Assembly (NCBI GenBank): GCA_963775425.1
Contig: CAVZJB010000006.1
Span: 128,001 to 192,000, forward strand
DNA length: 64,000 bases
DNA from: an uncultured delta proteobacterium
GTDB taxonomy: Bacteria > Myxococcota > UBA727 > VGSZ01
Direction of reading: 5' to 3'
Under the pieces are notes generated by a model. The model was not told the DNA's origin, did not search any database, and saw only the letters and a program-made list of their open reading frames with translations. Positions 35,473-43,707 of this stretch are shown one piece after another (the stretch's first letter is position 1; every line of letters starts with the position of its first letter). A program made the translations under genes and the position numbers.

Positions 35473-36059
35473 CGGCGCCGCTCGGCGCGCTCAAGTACCT
35501 GTACATGGGCACGTCTCGCTTCGACGACGACGTCCGCTACTACAAGGACGTCATCGGCGCCGAGCAGCTCTGGAGCTTCGACAAATTCGGCGCGCGCGTG
35601 GCGGCGTTCTCCGTCGCCGAGGGCCCGCTCCTCCTCGTCGCCGATCACCGGCCGGCGCCGAGCTGCATGCCCGTGTTCGCCGTCGACGACCTCGACGCGT
35701 GCGCGGCCGGGCTGCGCGCGCGGGGCTGGAAGGAGAAGCACGCGGTGGAGATCCCCGACGGGCCGTGCTTCACCTTCGAGGACGCGAGCGGAAACGAGCT
35801 CGCCGTCTTCGGCAACGTCCGGCCCGACGCGTTGACCAGGGCGTTCGTTGAGCCGTCGCCGGCGCGCGCAGGCGACGCGTCCGCGCGCCGAACATCACGA
35901 GGCCGCAGTCGCCGCCGGCGGCGAAGATCGCGGAGGTGCCGCCGCTGCGGGCGACGGCGACGGACGCGGGGCTGCAGGGGAGCGCGGGCGCGCGGGAGGA
36001 GACGTCGCCGACGTCGTCGACGACGGCGACGGCGGGGCCGTCGGCGCCGTCGACGATGA
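35469..36059 (+). CDS. VOC/glyoxalase family protein; domain ends ~35850 and the run-on tail is probably an indel artefact
   Basis: GTGA overlap with monooxygenase; FAVDDLDA..L.ARG, EIPDGPC.TFEDASGNELA. Confidence 0.75.
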   Translation: MTAPLGALKYLYMGTSRFDDDVRYYKDVIGAEQLWSFDKFGARVAAFSVAEGPLLLVADHRPAPSCMPVFAVDDLDACAAGLRARGWKEKHAVEIPDGPCFTFEDASGNELAVFGNVRPDALTRAFVEPSPARAGDASARRTSRGRSRRRRRRSRRCRRCGRRRRTRGCRGARARGRRRRRRRRRRRRRGRRRRRR

Positions 36060-37656
36060 CGGCGAGGGCGTCGCCGTCGAGGGCGGCGGGGCCGTCGGCG
36101 CGCGCGCCGTCGGGCAGCGCGAAGGGGGCGCCGAAGGTGTCGCCGCCGTCGAGCGAGAAGGTGAGCGAGCCGTCGGTGACGAGCCACGCCGTGCGCGAGG
36201 AGGGCAGGGCCGCCGCCCGCAGCACGCGCGAGGTGCCGAGGCGCGCCGAGACGCCGTCGCCTTCGAGGAAGAACGCGCCGCCGGGGCCGTTGGCGGAGAG
36301 GGTCCCCGCGGCGCTCGCGGCGAGGTCGCCGCCGGGCGTGCCGACGTCGACGAGCGCGGCGCTCCACGTGGCGCCGTCGTCGAACGACGAATCGAGGCCG
36401 CTGCGGCGCGCCGCGCGCAGGGCGCCGTCGGCGGGCGAAGCGGCCACGTCGGTGACGAGCCCGCGCGGGAGGTCGCCGAGGGGCGCGGCGTCGAGGGAGC
36501 CGCCGTCGAGGCGCCACATCTGCGACGCCGTGGCGACGAAGAACGTCGCGCCGTCGTGGCTCAGGGCCACCGCGCGATCGCCGAGATCGACGGCGCCGCC
36601 GTCGACGACGACGCCGGTGGCGACCGTGAACGCCACGTGGGCGGCGCCGACGTCGATGACGCCCGCGCCGGGCGAGGGCGCGGCCGTCGTCTCGTCCCAG
36701 GTGTCGCCGCCGTCTTCCGTGCGCAGGAGCGCGCGGCTCTCGCGCACGACGGCGACGCCGGGCGCGGTGTCGTCGGCGGCGACGGGGTTTGCATCCGGCG
36801 CCGGGGACAGCTCGTCGACGCGCGGGCCTTGCGCGAAGGTGTCGCCGCCGTCGGCGCTGACGAAGACGGCGGGCGGCACCGAGGTGGTGACATAGACGCG
36901 GAGCGGATCGCCCGCGTCGACGGCGAGCCCGGTGATCACCCCCGAGGGGTCGGCCACGGAGACGAGCGCGCCGAAGGTCGCGCCGCCGTCGTCGGACCGC
37001 CGCACGCCGCTGCCCTCGACGACGTACAGCACGCTCGCGTCGGACGGCGCGAAGACCGCGCGCTGCTGTCCGGGCGCGCAGCGAAAGGGCGCGCTCCCGT
37101 CGCCGCCGCGCGCGGCCGCGACGCACGACGCCCCGGCGGCGGGGTCGACGAGCTGCCAACCGCCCTCGTCGAGGACGGCGAGGCCTGCGCTCGACGCGGC
37201 GAAGAGCCGCGCGCCGTCGTCGGCGAGCGACACGCCGTCGTCGACCGGGGCGCTCTGGGCGACGAGCGAAAACGGCGCGCCGTCGCTCGGGGACGACCAC
37301 ACGCCGCCGGCGGACGCGAGGGCGGCGGCGGCGTCGGCGCCGGCGGCGACGGCGTTGACGACGCCGCGCGGGCCGTCGACGCGGGCGAAGGTGACGGCGC
37401 AGTCGCCGGAGCGGTAGAGGCCGTCGAGGGTGCCGGCGAGGATCACGCCGGGCGCGCGGTCGTCGGCGGCGACGCTGACGGCGGCGGCGGCGAGGCCGGC
37501 ACCGGCGCCGAGCGACACCCAGGCGCCGCCGGTGTCGGTGAGCTTGCACTCCGCCCTGGGTGCGTCGGGCGGCACCTTGCGCGGCTCGCAGGCGAGGAGC
37601 GCGAACGCGGCCGCCGAGAAGCAGACCGCGCGCGCGCCACCGCCGGGCCAGGTCAC
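35770..37656 (-). CDS. BNR/Asp-box beta-propeller lipoprotein (YCF48/VPS10-like); 3' end uncertain
   Basis: Lipobox LLAC; repeats SDDGGATF, SADGGDTF, TEDGGDTW, FDDGATW, SLDGGDTF. Confidence 0.78.
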   Translation of the reverse strand: MTWPGGGARAVCFSAAAFALLACEPRKVPPDAPRAECKLTDTGGAWVSLGAGAGLAAAAVSVAADDRAPGVILAGTLDGLYRSGDCAVTFARVDGPRGVVNAVAAGADAAAALASAGGVWSSPSDGAPFSLVAQSAPVDDGVSLADDGARLFAASSAGLAVLDEGGWQLVDPAAGASCVAAARGGDGSAPFRCAPGQQRAVFAPSDASVLYVVEGSGVRRSDDGGATFGALVSVADPSGVITGLAVDAGDPLRVYVTTSVPPAVFVSADGGDTFAQGPRVDELSPAPDANPVAADDTAPGVAVVRESRALLRTEDGGDTWDETTAAPSPGAGVIDVGAAHVAFTVATGVVVDGGAVDLGDRAVALSHDGATFFVATASQMWRLDGGSLDAAPLGDLPRGLVTDVAASPADGALRAARRSGLDSSFDDGATWSAALVDVGTPGGDLAASAAGTLSANGPGGAFFLEGDGVSARLGTSRVLRAAALPSSRTAWLVTDGSLTFSLDGGDTFGAPFALPDGARADGPAALDGDALAVIVDGADGPAVAVVDDVGDVSSRAPALPCSPASVAVARSGGTSAIFAAGGDCGLVMFGARTRRLRAPATAQRTPWSTRRAGRCRRRRARFRSRPRR

Positions 37657-38651
37657 TCGCGTTTCACGGCGACCGGCAGCGGCTGCGGCACCGCCGCGCG
37701 CGCCGGGGCTGCGCCGCTTTGCTTCGGGACCGCGTCGCCCGCGCCGAGCCCGACGCCGCCCAGGATCTCGTCGACCTTGGTGAGGTCCGCGGGGAGGACC
37801 ACGCGGGCGCCGCGGGCGAGCGCGCCGAGCTTGGAGATGTACGCCTGGCTCAAGCGCAGGTTCACGGCGTCGGCGCCGCCCTGGCCATGGATGGCGTCGC
37901 CCGTGAGCCGGATGGACTCCGCGGTGGCCTGCGCGAGCGCGAGGATCTCGGAGGCGCGGCCCTCCGCCTCGTTCACCCGGCGCTGCATCTCGCCCTGGGA
38001 GCGGTTGATCATCTCCTGCTTCTTGCCTTCGCTGTCGTTGATGCGCGCCTGCTTCTCGCCCTCGGCGCGCGCGAGCAGCGCGCGCTTGTCACGCTCCGCA
38101 CCCATCTGCCGCTCCATGGCGTTCTTCACCGACGGCGGCGGCACGATGTTCTTCACCTCGTAGCGGTGCACCTTGATGCCCCACGCGGTGCTCGTCTCGT
38201 TGAGCGCGCTGATGACGCGGGCGTTGATGTTCTCGCGCTCCTCGAAGGTGCGGTCGAGCTCGAGAGTGCCGATGACGGCGCGGGTGGTGGTCTGCGCGAG
38301 CTGCACAGCCGCGCTCCTGTAGTTGACGATGCCGTAGCTCGCCTGCTTGGAGTTCACCACCTGCATGTAGACGATGCCGTCGACCTCGACGCGCACGTTG
38401 TCCTTGGTGAAGCAGTCCTGCGGTGGGACCTCGATGGCCTCCTCCTTCATGTCGACGTTGAACGCGACGCGATCGAGGAAAGGCAGCAGGACGTGCAGGC
38501 CGGGGCCGAGGGTCTCATGGTAGCGGCCGAGCCGCTCGACGATGAGCTCCTTCATGTTCGGCACCATGCGCACGGAGCGCAGGAGCTTCACCGCGAAGTA
38601 GAGGCCGAAGATCGACCAGATGACGACGGCGGCGACGTTGAGACCGTTCAC
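37653..38651 (-). CDS. SPFH/band 7 (paraslipin/QmcA-like) protein 2
   Basis: IVERLGRY..L.PGLH, TKDNVRVEVDG, QLAQTTTRA, WGIKVHRYE, MERQM.AER.KRA. Confidence 0.93.
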   Translation of the reverse strand: MNGLNVAAVVIWSIFGLYFAVKLLRSVRMVPNMKELIVERLGRYHETLGPGLHVLLPFLDRVAFNVDMKEEAIEVPPQDCFTKDNVRVEVDGIVYMQVVNSKQASYGIVNYRSAAVQLAQTTTRAVIGTLELDRTFEERENINARVISALNETSTAWGIKVHRYEVKNIVPPPSVKNAMERQMGAERDKRALLARAEGEKQARINDSEGKKQEMINRSQGEMQRRVNEAEGRASEILALAQATAESIRLTGDAIHGQGGADAVNLRLSQAYISKLGALARGARVVLPADLTKVDEILGGVGLGAGDAVPKQSGAAPARAAVPQPLPVAVKRE

Positions 38652-39580
38652 GGCTTCTCCTTCATCGGTCCGGGCTCGAACGCGTTCCCGACCTTGGTCA
38701 TCCCCTCGAAGAAACCCTTCAACTGCGCGAGCTGCTGGGGAAGCACGCTCACCTCGGCACCTTCCAGGATGCGCCCGAGCTCTCCGATGTACTGCTCGGC
38801 GATCTGCATCTTCACGGCCTGGTGACCGCCGGGCGCCCGGATGGCGTCGGCGACGAGGGCGATGCTCTTGGCGCTGGCGTCGGCGACCAGGCGGATCTCC
38901 TGGGCGCGGCCGGTGGATTCGTTGATGCGCTTCTGCTTTTCGCCCTCGGAGAGGTTGATGGCTTCGATGCGCTCACCCTCCGAGATGTTGATCTTGGCTT
39001 CCTTCTGGCCGGTGGAGATGGTGATGGACGCGCGCTTCTGGCGCTCGGCCTCCATCTGCTTCTCCATGGTCTCGATCACGCGCGACGACGGCGAGATGCC
39101 CATGATCTCGTAGCGCATGACCTTGATGCCCCAAGGCGCCGACGCCTTGTCGATCTCGCGCACGATGCTCTCGTTCATCTTCTCGCGCTCCGAGAAGGTC
39201 TCCTCGAGGCTGAGCTTGCCGATCTCGCTGCGCATGGTGGTCTGCGCGAGGTTGATGGCCGCGAGGCGGTAGTCGCCGATGTTGTAGGAGGCGTCCTTGG
39301 CGTCTTCGACCTTGATGTAGACGATGCCGTCCACCTCGACCTGGATGTTGTCCTTGGTGATGCACATCTGCGGCGGCACGTCGATGGCCTGCTCGCGCAT
39401 CTCATGGCGGTACGCGGAGCGATCGAGCAGCGGGACCATGAAGTGAAAGCCCGGGGCGAGCACCCCCTGGAACTTGCCCACCCGCTCCTTCACCACGTTG
39501 TGCCGTTCGCTCACGACGATGAACGTGCGCGTGACGAAGAACGTGGCGACCGCTGCGCCTATGGTGATGAAAAAGAACAT
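38648..39580 (-). CDS. SPFH/band 7 (paraslipin/QmcA-like) protein 1
   Basis: CITKDNIQVEVDG, NLAQTTMRSEIG, WGIKVMRYEI, MEKQMEAERQKRA. Confidence 0.93.
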   Translation of the reverse strand: MFFFITIGAAVATFFVTRTFIVVSERHNVVKERVGKFQGVLAPGFHFMVPLLDRSAYRHEMREQAIDVPPQMCITKDNIQVEVDGIVYIKVEDAKDASYNIGDYRLAAINLAQTTMRSEIGKLSLEETFSEREKMNESIVREIDKASAPWGIKVMRYEIMGISPSSRVIETMEKQMEAERQKRASITISTGQKEAKINISEGERIEAINLSEGEKQKRINESTGRAQEIRLVADASAKSIALVADAIRAPGGHQAVKMQIAEQYIGELGRILEGAEVSVLPQQLAQLKGFFEGMTKVGNAFEPGPMKEKP

Positions 39581-40120
39581 CTAGCTTCCCCTCGTCTTTC
39601 CCTGCGTGACCTCGACGGCAGCCTCGGACGGCTGCTCCTCGAGGGTCGGCACTCGGTTGTTGTCGTCGAGCAGCGTCAGCGGCTCGACGACCCACACGGC
39701 CTTTTGCTTGTAGAAGAGCTTCGCGCGGCTGCCGGCGGGCAGCTTGCCCTCGGTGCAGCGGGCCGCCCAGGTGGTGCCCTGAAAACGGATGCGGCCGTTG
39801 TTGGTCTCGTCGTCGAGCGCCTCGACCACGTCGACGATCTCGCCGAGCGCGTCCTTCACCTCGTCGCTGCGGTCGAAGCGGGAGGCGCTGGCGCCGACGA
39901 GCTTCTTGGCGAGCGGCCGCAGCGGCAGCGTGAGCGCGAGCGACGCGATCGACCATACGAGCAGCGACATGGGCAGGCTCTCGAGGACACCGACGGCCCG
40001 CAGCCCGGCGACGATGAGCGCCGCCGCCCCGAGGAAGCCCGGCACCAAAGCAAGGTTCACCGCCTCGCTCGCGATGAGCAGCACGCCGGCGACGAGGAAG
40101 ACAATGGTGACCCAGTCCAC
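39581..40120 (-). CDS. NfeD/YbbJ-like membrane protein
   Basis: Three hydrophobic segments plus OB-fold motif GRIRFQGTTWAA; immediately upstream of SPFH genes. Confidence 0.88.
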   Translation of the reverse strand: MDWVTIVFLVAGVLLIASEAVNLALVPGFLGAAALIVAGLRAVGVLESLPMSLLVWSIASLALTLPLRPLAKKLVGASASRFDRSDEVKDALGEIVDVVEALDDETNNGRIRFQGTTWAARCTEGKLPAGSRAKLFYKQKAVWVVEPLTLLDDNNRVPTLEEQPSEAAVEVTQGKTRGS

Positions 40121-40226
40121 GGAAGGAGGTTCGACGCGGTGTGCCGTCGACGTCAACCCCCTGCGCGTTACGATCGTCGGCCTCGAGTGGAACGCCGCGG
40201 CGGCCGTGTGCGGGTACAGTGGGCCC

Positions 40227-40832
40227 ATGACCGAGCCCGTCGCCGCTTTGCGGGTGCCCGCGAACGAGCGCGGTCGCGTGCGCGTGCCGCTGTCGGGCAC
40301 GCTCGGCAACACGCTCTGCGTCCGCTGCGGCGGCCGCGCGACGCTCTCCCGGAGCTTGCTCGTCGACGGGCGCTACCGGTACCGCCCCCTCCTCGCCGCG
40401 CTCGGCGTCCTGTCCGCGTGGAGCGGGCCGGCGCTCGCCGTCATCGTGCCCATGCTCACCTTCATGCGCCGGGTCAGCCGGCACCACGCGCGGCTCGACG
40501 TCCGCATGTGCTCCGCCTGCGATGACTGGCTGGCCAGGCGCGCGCGCCGCTCCCGCACGCTCGAGGCCGCTGCGTCGCTCCTGCCGCTCGCGGGCGTCGG
40601 CGTCGGCGCGGTCTCCATCGGCGGCCTCGCCGGGATCATCCTCGGCCCCCTCGCCGGCGCCGCGGGCACCCTCCTCGCCGTCGTCGCCATCGAGCGGCGA
40701 CGCCCGCAGGACCGCGCGCGCCTGGTCGGGGCGGACGCGCAGGGGTGGATCCTCGACGTGCCCGCGTCCTGGAAGGACGCCGTCGAGAGTGATCCGGATC
40801 CGAGCGCCGCCGGGGTCTTCGAGCAGCCGTGA
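40227..40832 (+). CDS. Hypothetical membrane protein with two CxxC motifs
   Basis: CVRC and CSAC motifs, hydrophobic segments, GC3-biased frame. Confidence 0.6.
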   Translation: MTEPVAALRVPANERGRVRVPLSGTLGNTLCVRCGGRATLSRSLLVDGRYRYRPLLAALGVLSAWSGPALAVIVPMLTFMRRVSRHHARLDVRMCSACDDWLARRARRSRTLEAAASLLPLAGVGVGAVSIGGLAGIILGPLAGAAGTLLAVVAIERRRPQDRARLVGADAQGWILDVPASWKDAVESDPDPSAAGVFEQP

Positions 40833-40858
40833 TCGGGGTCGCGCTAACGTCGTCCGCC

Positions 40859-43030
40859 ATGCTCGCCCCCCTTGTCGTCTTCGCGCTCCTCTCCATCGCC
40901 GATCCCGCCGGCGCCGCGGCCGCCCCCGCCGGCGCCGTCGTCGAACAGAAGAAGGCGCGCTCCGTGTTGGTCCTGCCGCTGTCCACGAGCGCCGGGGTCG
41001 ACGCCGGCACGCTCGGGACCATCACGAGCACGCTCGCCGTCAGCGTGCAGAAGCACGCAGGGCTGAGCGTCCTCACCGGCGAGGACGTGAAGCGCATGGC
41101 GCAGGTCGAGGCCGACAAGCAGCTCCTCGGGTGCGACACGGCGAGCGCGAGCTGCATCGCCGAGATCGCCGGGGCCATGGGCGCGGACCTGGCGCTGTAC
41201 GGCGACGTCGGCAAGCTCGGCGACGTCTACGTCGTGAACCTCAACCTCTTCGACGCGGGGCAGGCCAAGGCGGTGGGCCGCCAGGGCCTCCAGGTGAAGA
41301 GCCTCGACGAGAGCTTCATCACCCAGCTCGACATCGCCGTGACCACGCTGCTCGCGCCCGTCACCGGCGAGAAGACCACGGTGTCGGCGCCGTCGTCAGC
41401 GGCGGCCGACGTCCCCACCATCGACCTCGAGGCCCTCAAGAAGAGCGGGCTCAAGTCGATCAACATGAAGGCCGAAAACGCCCTGGAGCGCGCGCTCGAC
41501 GCCCAGGACGACAAGAGCTCCACGCCGGAGCGGAAGCGCGACGCGTGGTGCGCCCTCGCCGTCGTCGAGGGCGCCAACCCGTACCTCGCCACCGCCACCA
41601 AGGCGTGCACCGAGTGGAAGCAGTACGTGGTCGCCAACCGGGCGCTCGAGAAGAACCTCGCGGCCGACTACGCCACCCTCGCCGGCTTCCTCGCGCTGCG
41701 GCACAAGAGCACCGATCAGAAGCTCGACGCCGTCGACAGCTTCCTGAAGACGTACGCGCGTATCGGGAACCGGCCCATGGTCAGGTCCGTGCGCGCGGCC
41801 CGCGAGCGCCTGGTGGCCACCGGCAACGCGTCCCTCGACGACGCCGACAAGGACGGCCTCACCGACGACCTCGACAAGTGCGTGAACGCCGCCGAGGACG
41901 TCGACGGCTTCGAGGACGACGACGGCTGCCCCGATCCCGACAACGACAAGGACGGCGTGCCCGACGTCAACGACAAGTGCCCGGACGAGGCGGGCGTCGC
42001 GGACAAGGGCGGCTGCCCGGAGACCATCGGCGACGTCGCCTCCAAGGCCAAGAGCGCCGCCGGGGACTTCCTGCACGACGCCGTCGACTTCTACGCGTTC
42101 GACTTCGACCGGCCCGTGATGCTGCGGATCGGCGCCTCCGCCGACGCCGCCGTCGATCCCCTGGGTCGGGGGATCAGCCCGGGCGTCGCCGTCGGCCTGC
42201 GCTGGGCCGCGCTCGACCTCGGGGCGCGCGGCGAGGTCTCGCTCGACAAGCCCGGCTCATTCCTCCTCGGCGGACACCTCGGGCTCGGCGCCCTGCAGAT
42301 CCCGCGCGGCTCGTTCGGCCTGTTGAACCCGAGCGTGGGCGTCGACGTCCTCGGCGCCCCGGGCGAGGGGGAGCTCGTGCTGGGTCCGTACGTCGCCAAC
42401 ACGTTCCGCGTGTGGTGGCTCCAGCTCACGGTGAGCTACCGCTACGAGGTCCTGCACAAGGGGGGCGGCGCGGACCTCCCGGATCAGATCCTCGGCGCGG
42501 AGCTGTCCGCCGCCGCGCCCGCCGGCTCCATCGGCGACGCGCTCGCGGGGAAGGGCGACGGCGGCGACGTCGTCGACTTCTTCGCGCTCGACACCAAGCG
42601 CGACGCGTTCTTCGGCGTGAGCGGCATCGCCGAGAGCGGCCTCGATCCCTTCGGCACGCACGCGGCGCTCGGCTTCGGCATCCACGTGTCGTGGGCGGCG
42701 CTCGAGGCCGGCTATCGCATGAGCTTCGACCTCGACTCGTCCGGCGACGTCCCGCTGCTGCTCGGGGGGAACATCGGCCTCGCCGCGTTCCAGGTGCCGA
42801 AGGGGGACTTCGGGCTGTTGAACCCGAGCGTCGGCATCGACGGCGACATCGACGTCTCCGACGTCGGCGGCGCGCTGTTCGGCCCCTATGTGGCCAACAC
42901 CTTCAACCTGAACGTCGCGCGCGCGCGCATCTGGTACCGCTACGGCCTCCTCGGCACCGACGGCGTGGACCTCCCGGTGCACACCGTCGGCGCGGAGCTC
43001 ACGCTCAACGTCAGCGAGCTCCTCGACTGA
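40859..43030 (+). CDS. Exported protein: CsgG/TolB-N-like domain, TSP3 Ca-binding repeats, two tandem beta-barrel-like domains
   Basis: Signal peptide; KQLLGC..SCIAEIAGAMGAD; DADKDGLTDDLDKC..EDVDGFEDDDGCPD; duplicated WAAL..LLGG..FGLLNPSVG..GPYVANTF..YRY..GAEL unit. Confidence 0.75.
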   Translation: MLAPLVVFALLSIADPAGAAAAPAGAVVEQKKARSVLVLPLSTSAGVDAGTLGTITSTLAVSVQKHAGLSVLTGEDVKRMAQVEADKQLLGCDTASASCIAEIAGAMGADLALYGDVGKLGDVYVVNLNLFDAGQAKAVGRQGLQVKSLDESFITQLDIAVTTLLAPVTGEKTTVSAPSSAAADVPTIDLEALKKSGLKSINMKAENALERALDAQDDKSSTPERKRDAWCALAVVEGANPYLATATKACTEWKQYVVANRALEKNLAADYATLAGFLALRHKSTDQKLDAVDSFLKTYARIGNRPMVRSVRAARERLVATGNASLDDADKDGLTDDLDKCVNAAEDVDGFEDDDGCPDPDNDKDGVPDVNDKCPDEAGVADKGGCPETIGDVASKAKSAAGDFLHDAVDFYAFDFDRPVMLRIGASADAAVDPLGRGISPGVAVGLRWAALDLGARGEVSLDKPGSFLLGGHLGLGALQIPRGSFGLLNPSVGVDVLGAPGEGELVLGPYVANTFRVWWLQLTVSYRYEVLHKGGGADLPDQILGAELSAAAPAGSIGDALAGKGDGGDVVDFFALDTKRDAFFGVSGIAESGLDPFGTHAALGFGIHVSWAALEAGYRMSFDLDSSGDVPLLLGGNIGLAAFQVPKGDFGLLNPSVGIDGDIDVSDVGGALFGPYVANTFNLNVARARIWYRYGLLGTDGVDLPVHTVGAELTLNVSELLD
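42959..43030 (+). repeat. Left copy of 72-nt direct repeat (3' end of gene 40859-43030)
   Basis: 64/72 identical to 45943-46014, with a 26-bp identical core. Confidence 0.92.
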
Positions 43031-43079
43031 TCGCCTCGCCGCGCCGGGCGCGCCGGCGTCCCACGTCCACCGTGCGTCT

Positions 43080-43553
43080 ATGCGGTGTTGGCGCGGGCGA
43101 AGACAAGGCTTCGCCGATGGCGGCCGCGCAACGGCCGGCGGCCAGCGGATCATCGAAGAAACAAGCCCGATAGGAGTCATCGCCCTTGCGGCCACCGACG
43201 CCAGCGGATCATCGGGGCCACAAGCCCGATAGGAGGTCATCCCTCTGCCGCCGACTTGCTCTGCATGGCCTCGGTGTCGTCGAGCAGGATCGCATGACGG
43301 CGAGCGGTCACGATCGGCGCTGGCGCGGGTGCCGACACGCGCGGGGTGATCGCCGGGTCGATCGCGGTGTCGATCGTCGGCTCGGTCCTACGGTCCGCCA
43401 ACGAAGCCGCCCTGTCGGGCGCGGCGGTCACTTGTTGCCCCACTTTGCAAGACGCGCGATCCAGAAGAGCGGTCCTCGCTCCGTGAGCGTGATGACGAAC
43501 AAGTGAACGAGTAGCGCTCCTGCGATGACGCCGGCCGTCTCGATGGTGGTCAT
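43080..43553 (-). pseudogene. Frameshifted small membrane-anchored protein gene with two SYRACxxDDPLA repeats (3' end uncertain)
   Basis: AGGAGG RBS then ATG at 43553 (MTTIETAGVIAGALLVHLFVITL); coding-like segments spread across three frames; ~59-bp-period duplication at 43141-43255. Confidence 0.5.
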
Positions 43554-43579
43554 GCGTTCCTCCTGCGCGGATCCTCACG

Positions 43580-43594
43580 TCAAGCGTTGTGCCA
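43580..43594 (-). promoter_or_regulatory. Sigma54 -24/-12 promoter
   Basis: TGGCAC-AACGC-TTGA versus consensus TGGCAC-N5-TTGC; 26 bp upstream of the ATG and next to a bEBP gene. Confidence 0.75.
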
Positions 43595-43633
43595 GCGCAT
43601 GAGCGCCCGCCGCACGCGCTCGACAGTGAGCCT

Positions 43634-43692
43634 CAACGAGATCTCGTTGCGCAGGTTCAACGAAATCACGTTTTGTCAACGAAATCTCGTTG
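43634..43692. promoter_or_regulatory. Three 16-bp palindromic enhancer (UAS) sites, consensus CAACGARATCWCGTTK
   Basis: CAACGAGATCTCGTTG (43634, perfect palindrome), CAACGAAATCACGTTT (43658), CAACGAAATCTCGTTG (43677). Confidence 0.75.
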
Positions 43693-43707
43693 CGTTACGC
43701 TGCGCGC

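Noticed and set aside
35770-36059. Genuine ~290-bp overlap of the convergent VOC and propeller genes
   Set aside because: Both ORFs turn into low-complexity run-on after ~35850-35890, more consistent with lost stop codons.
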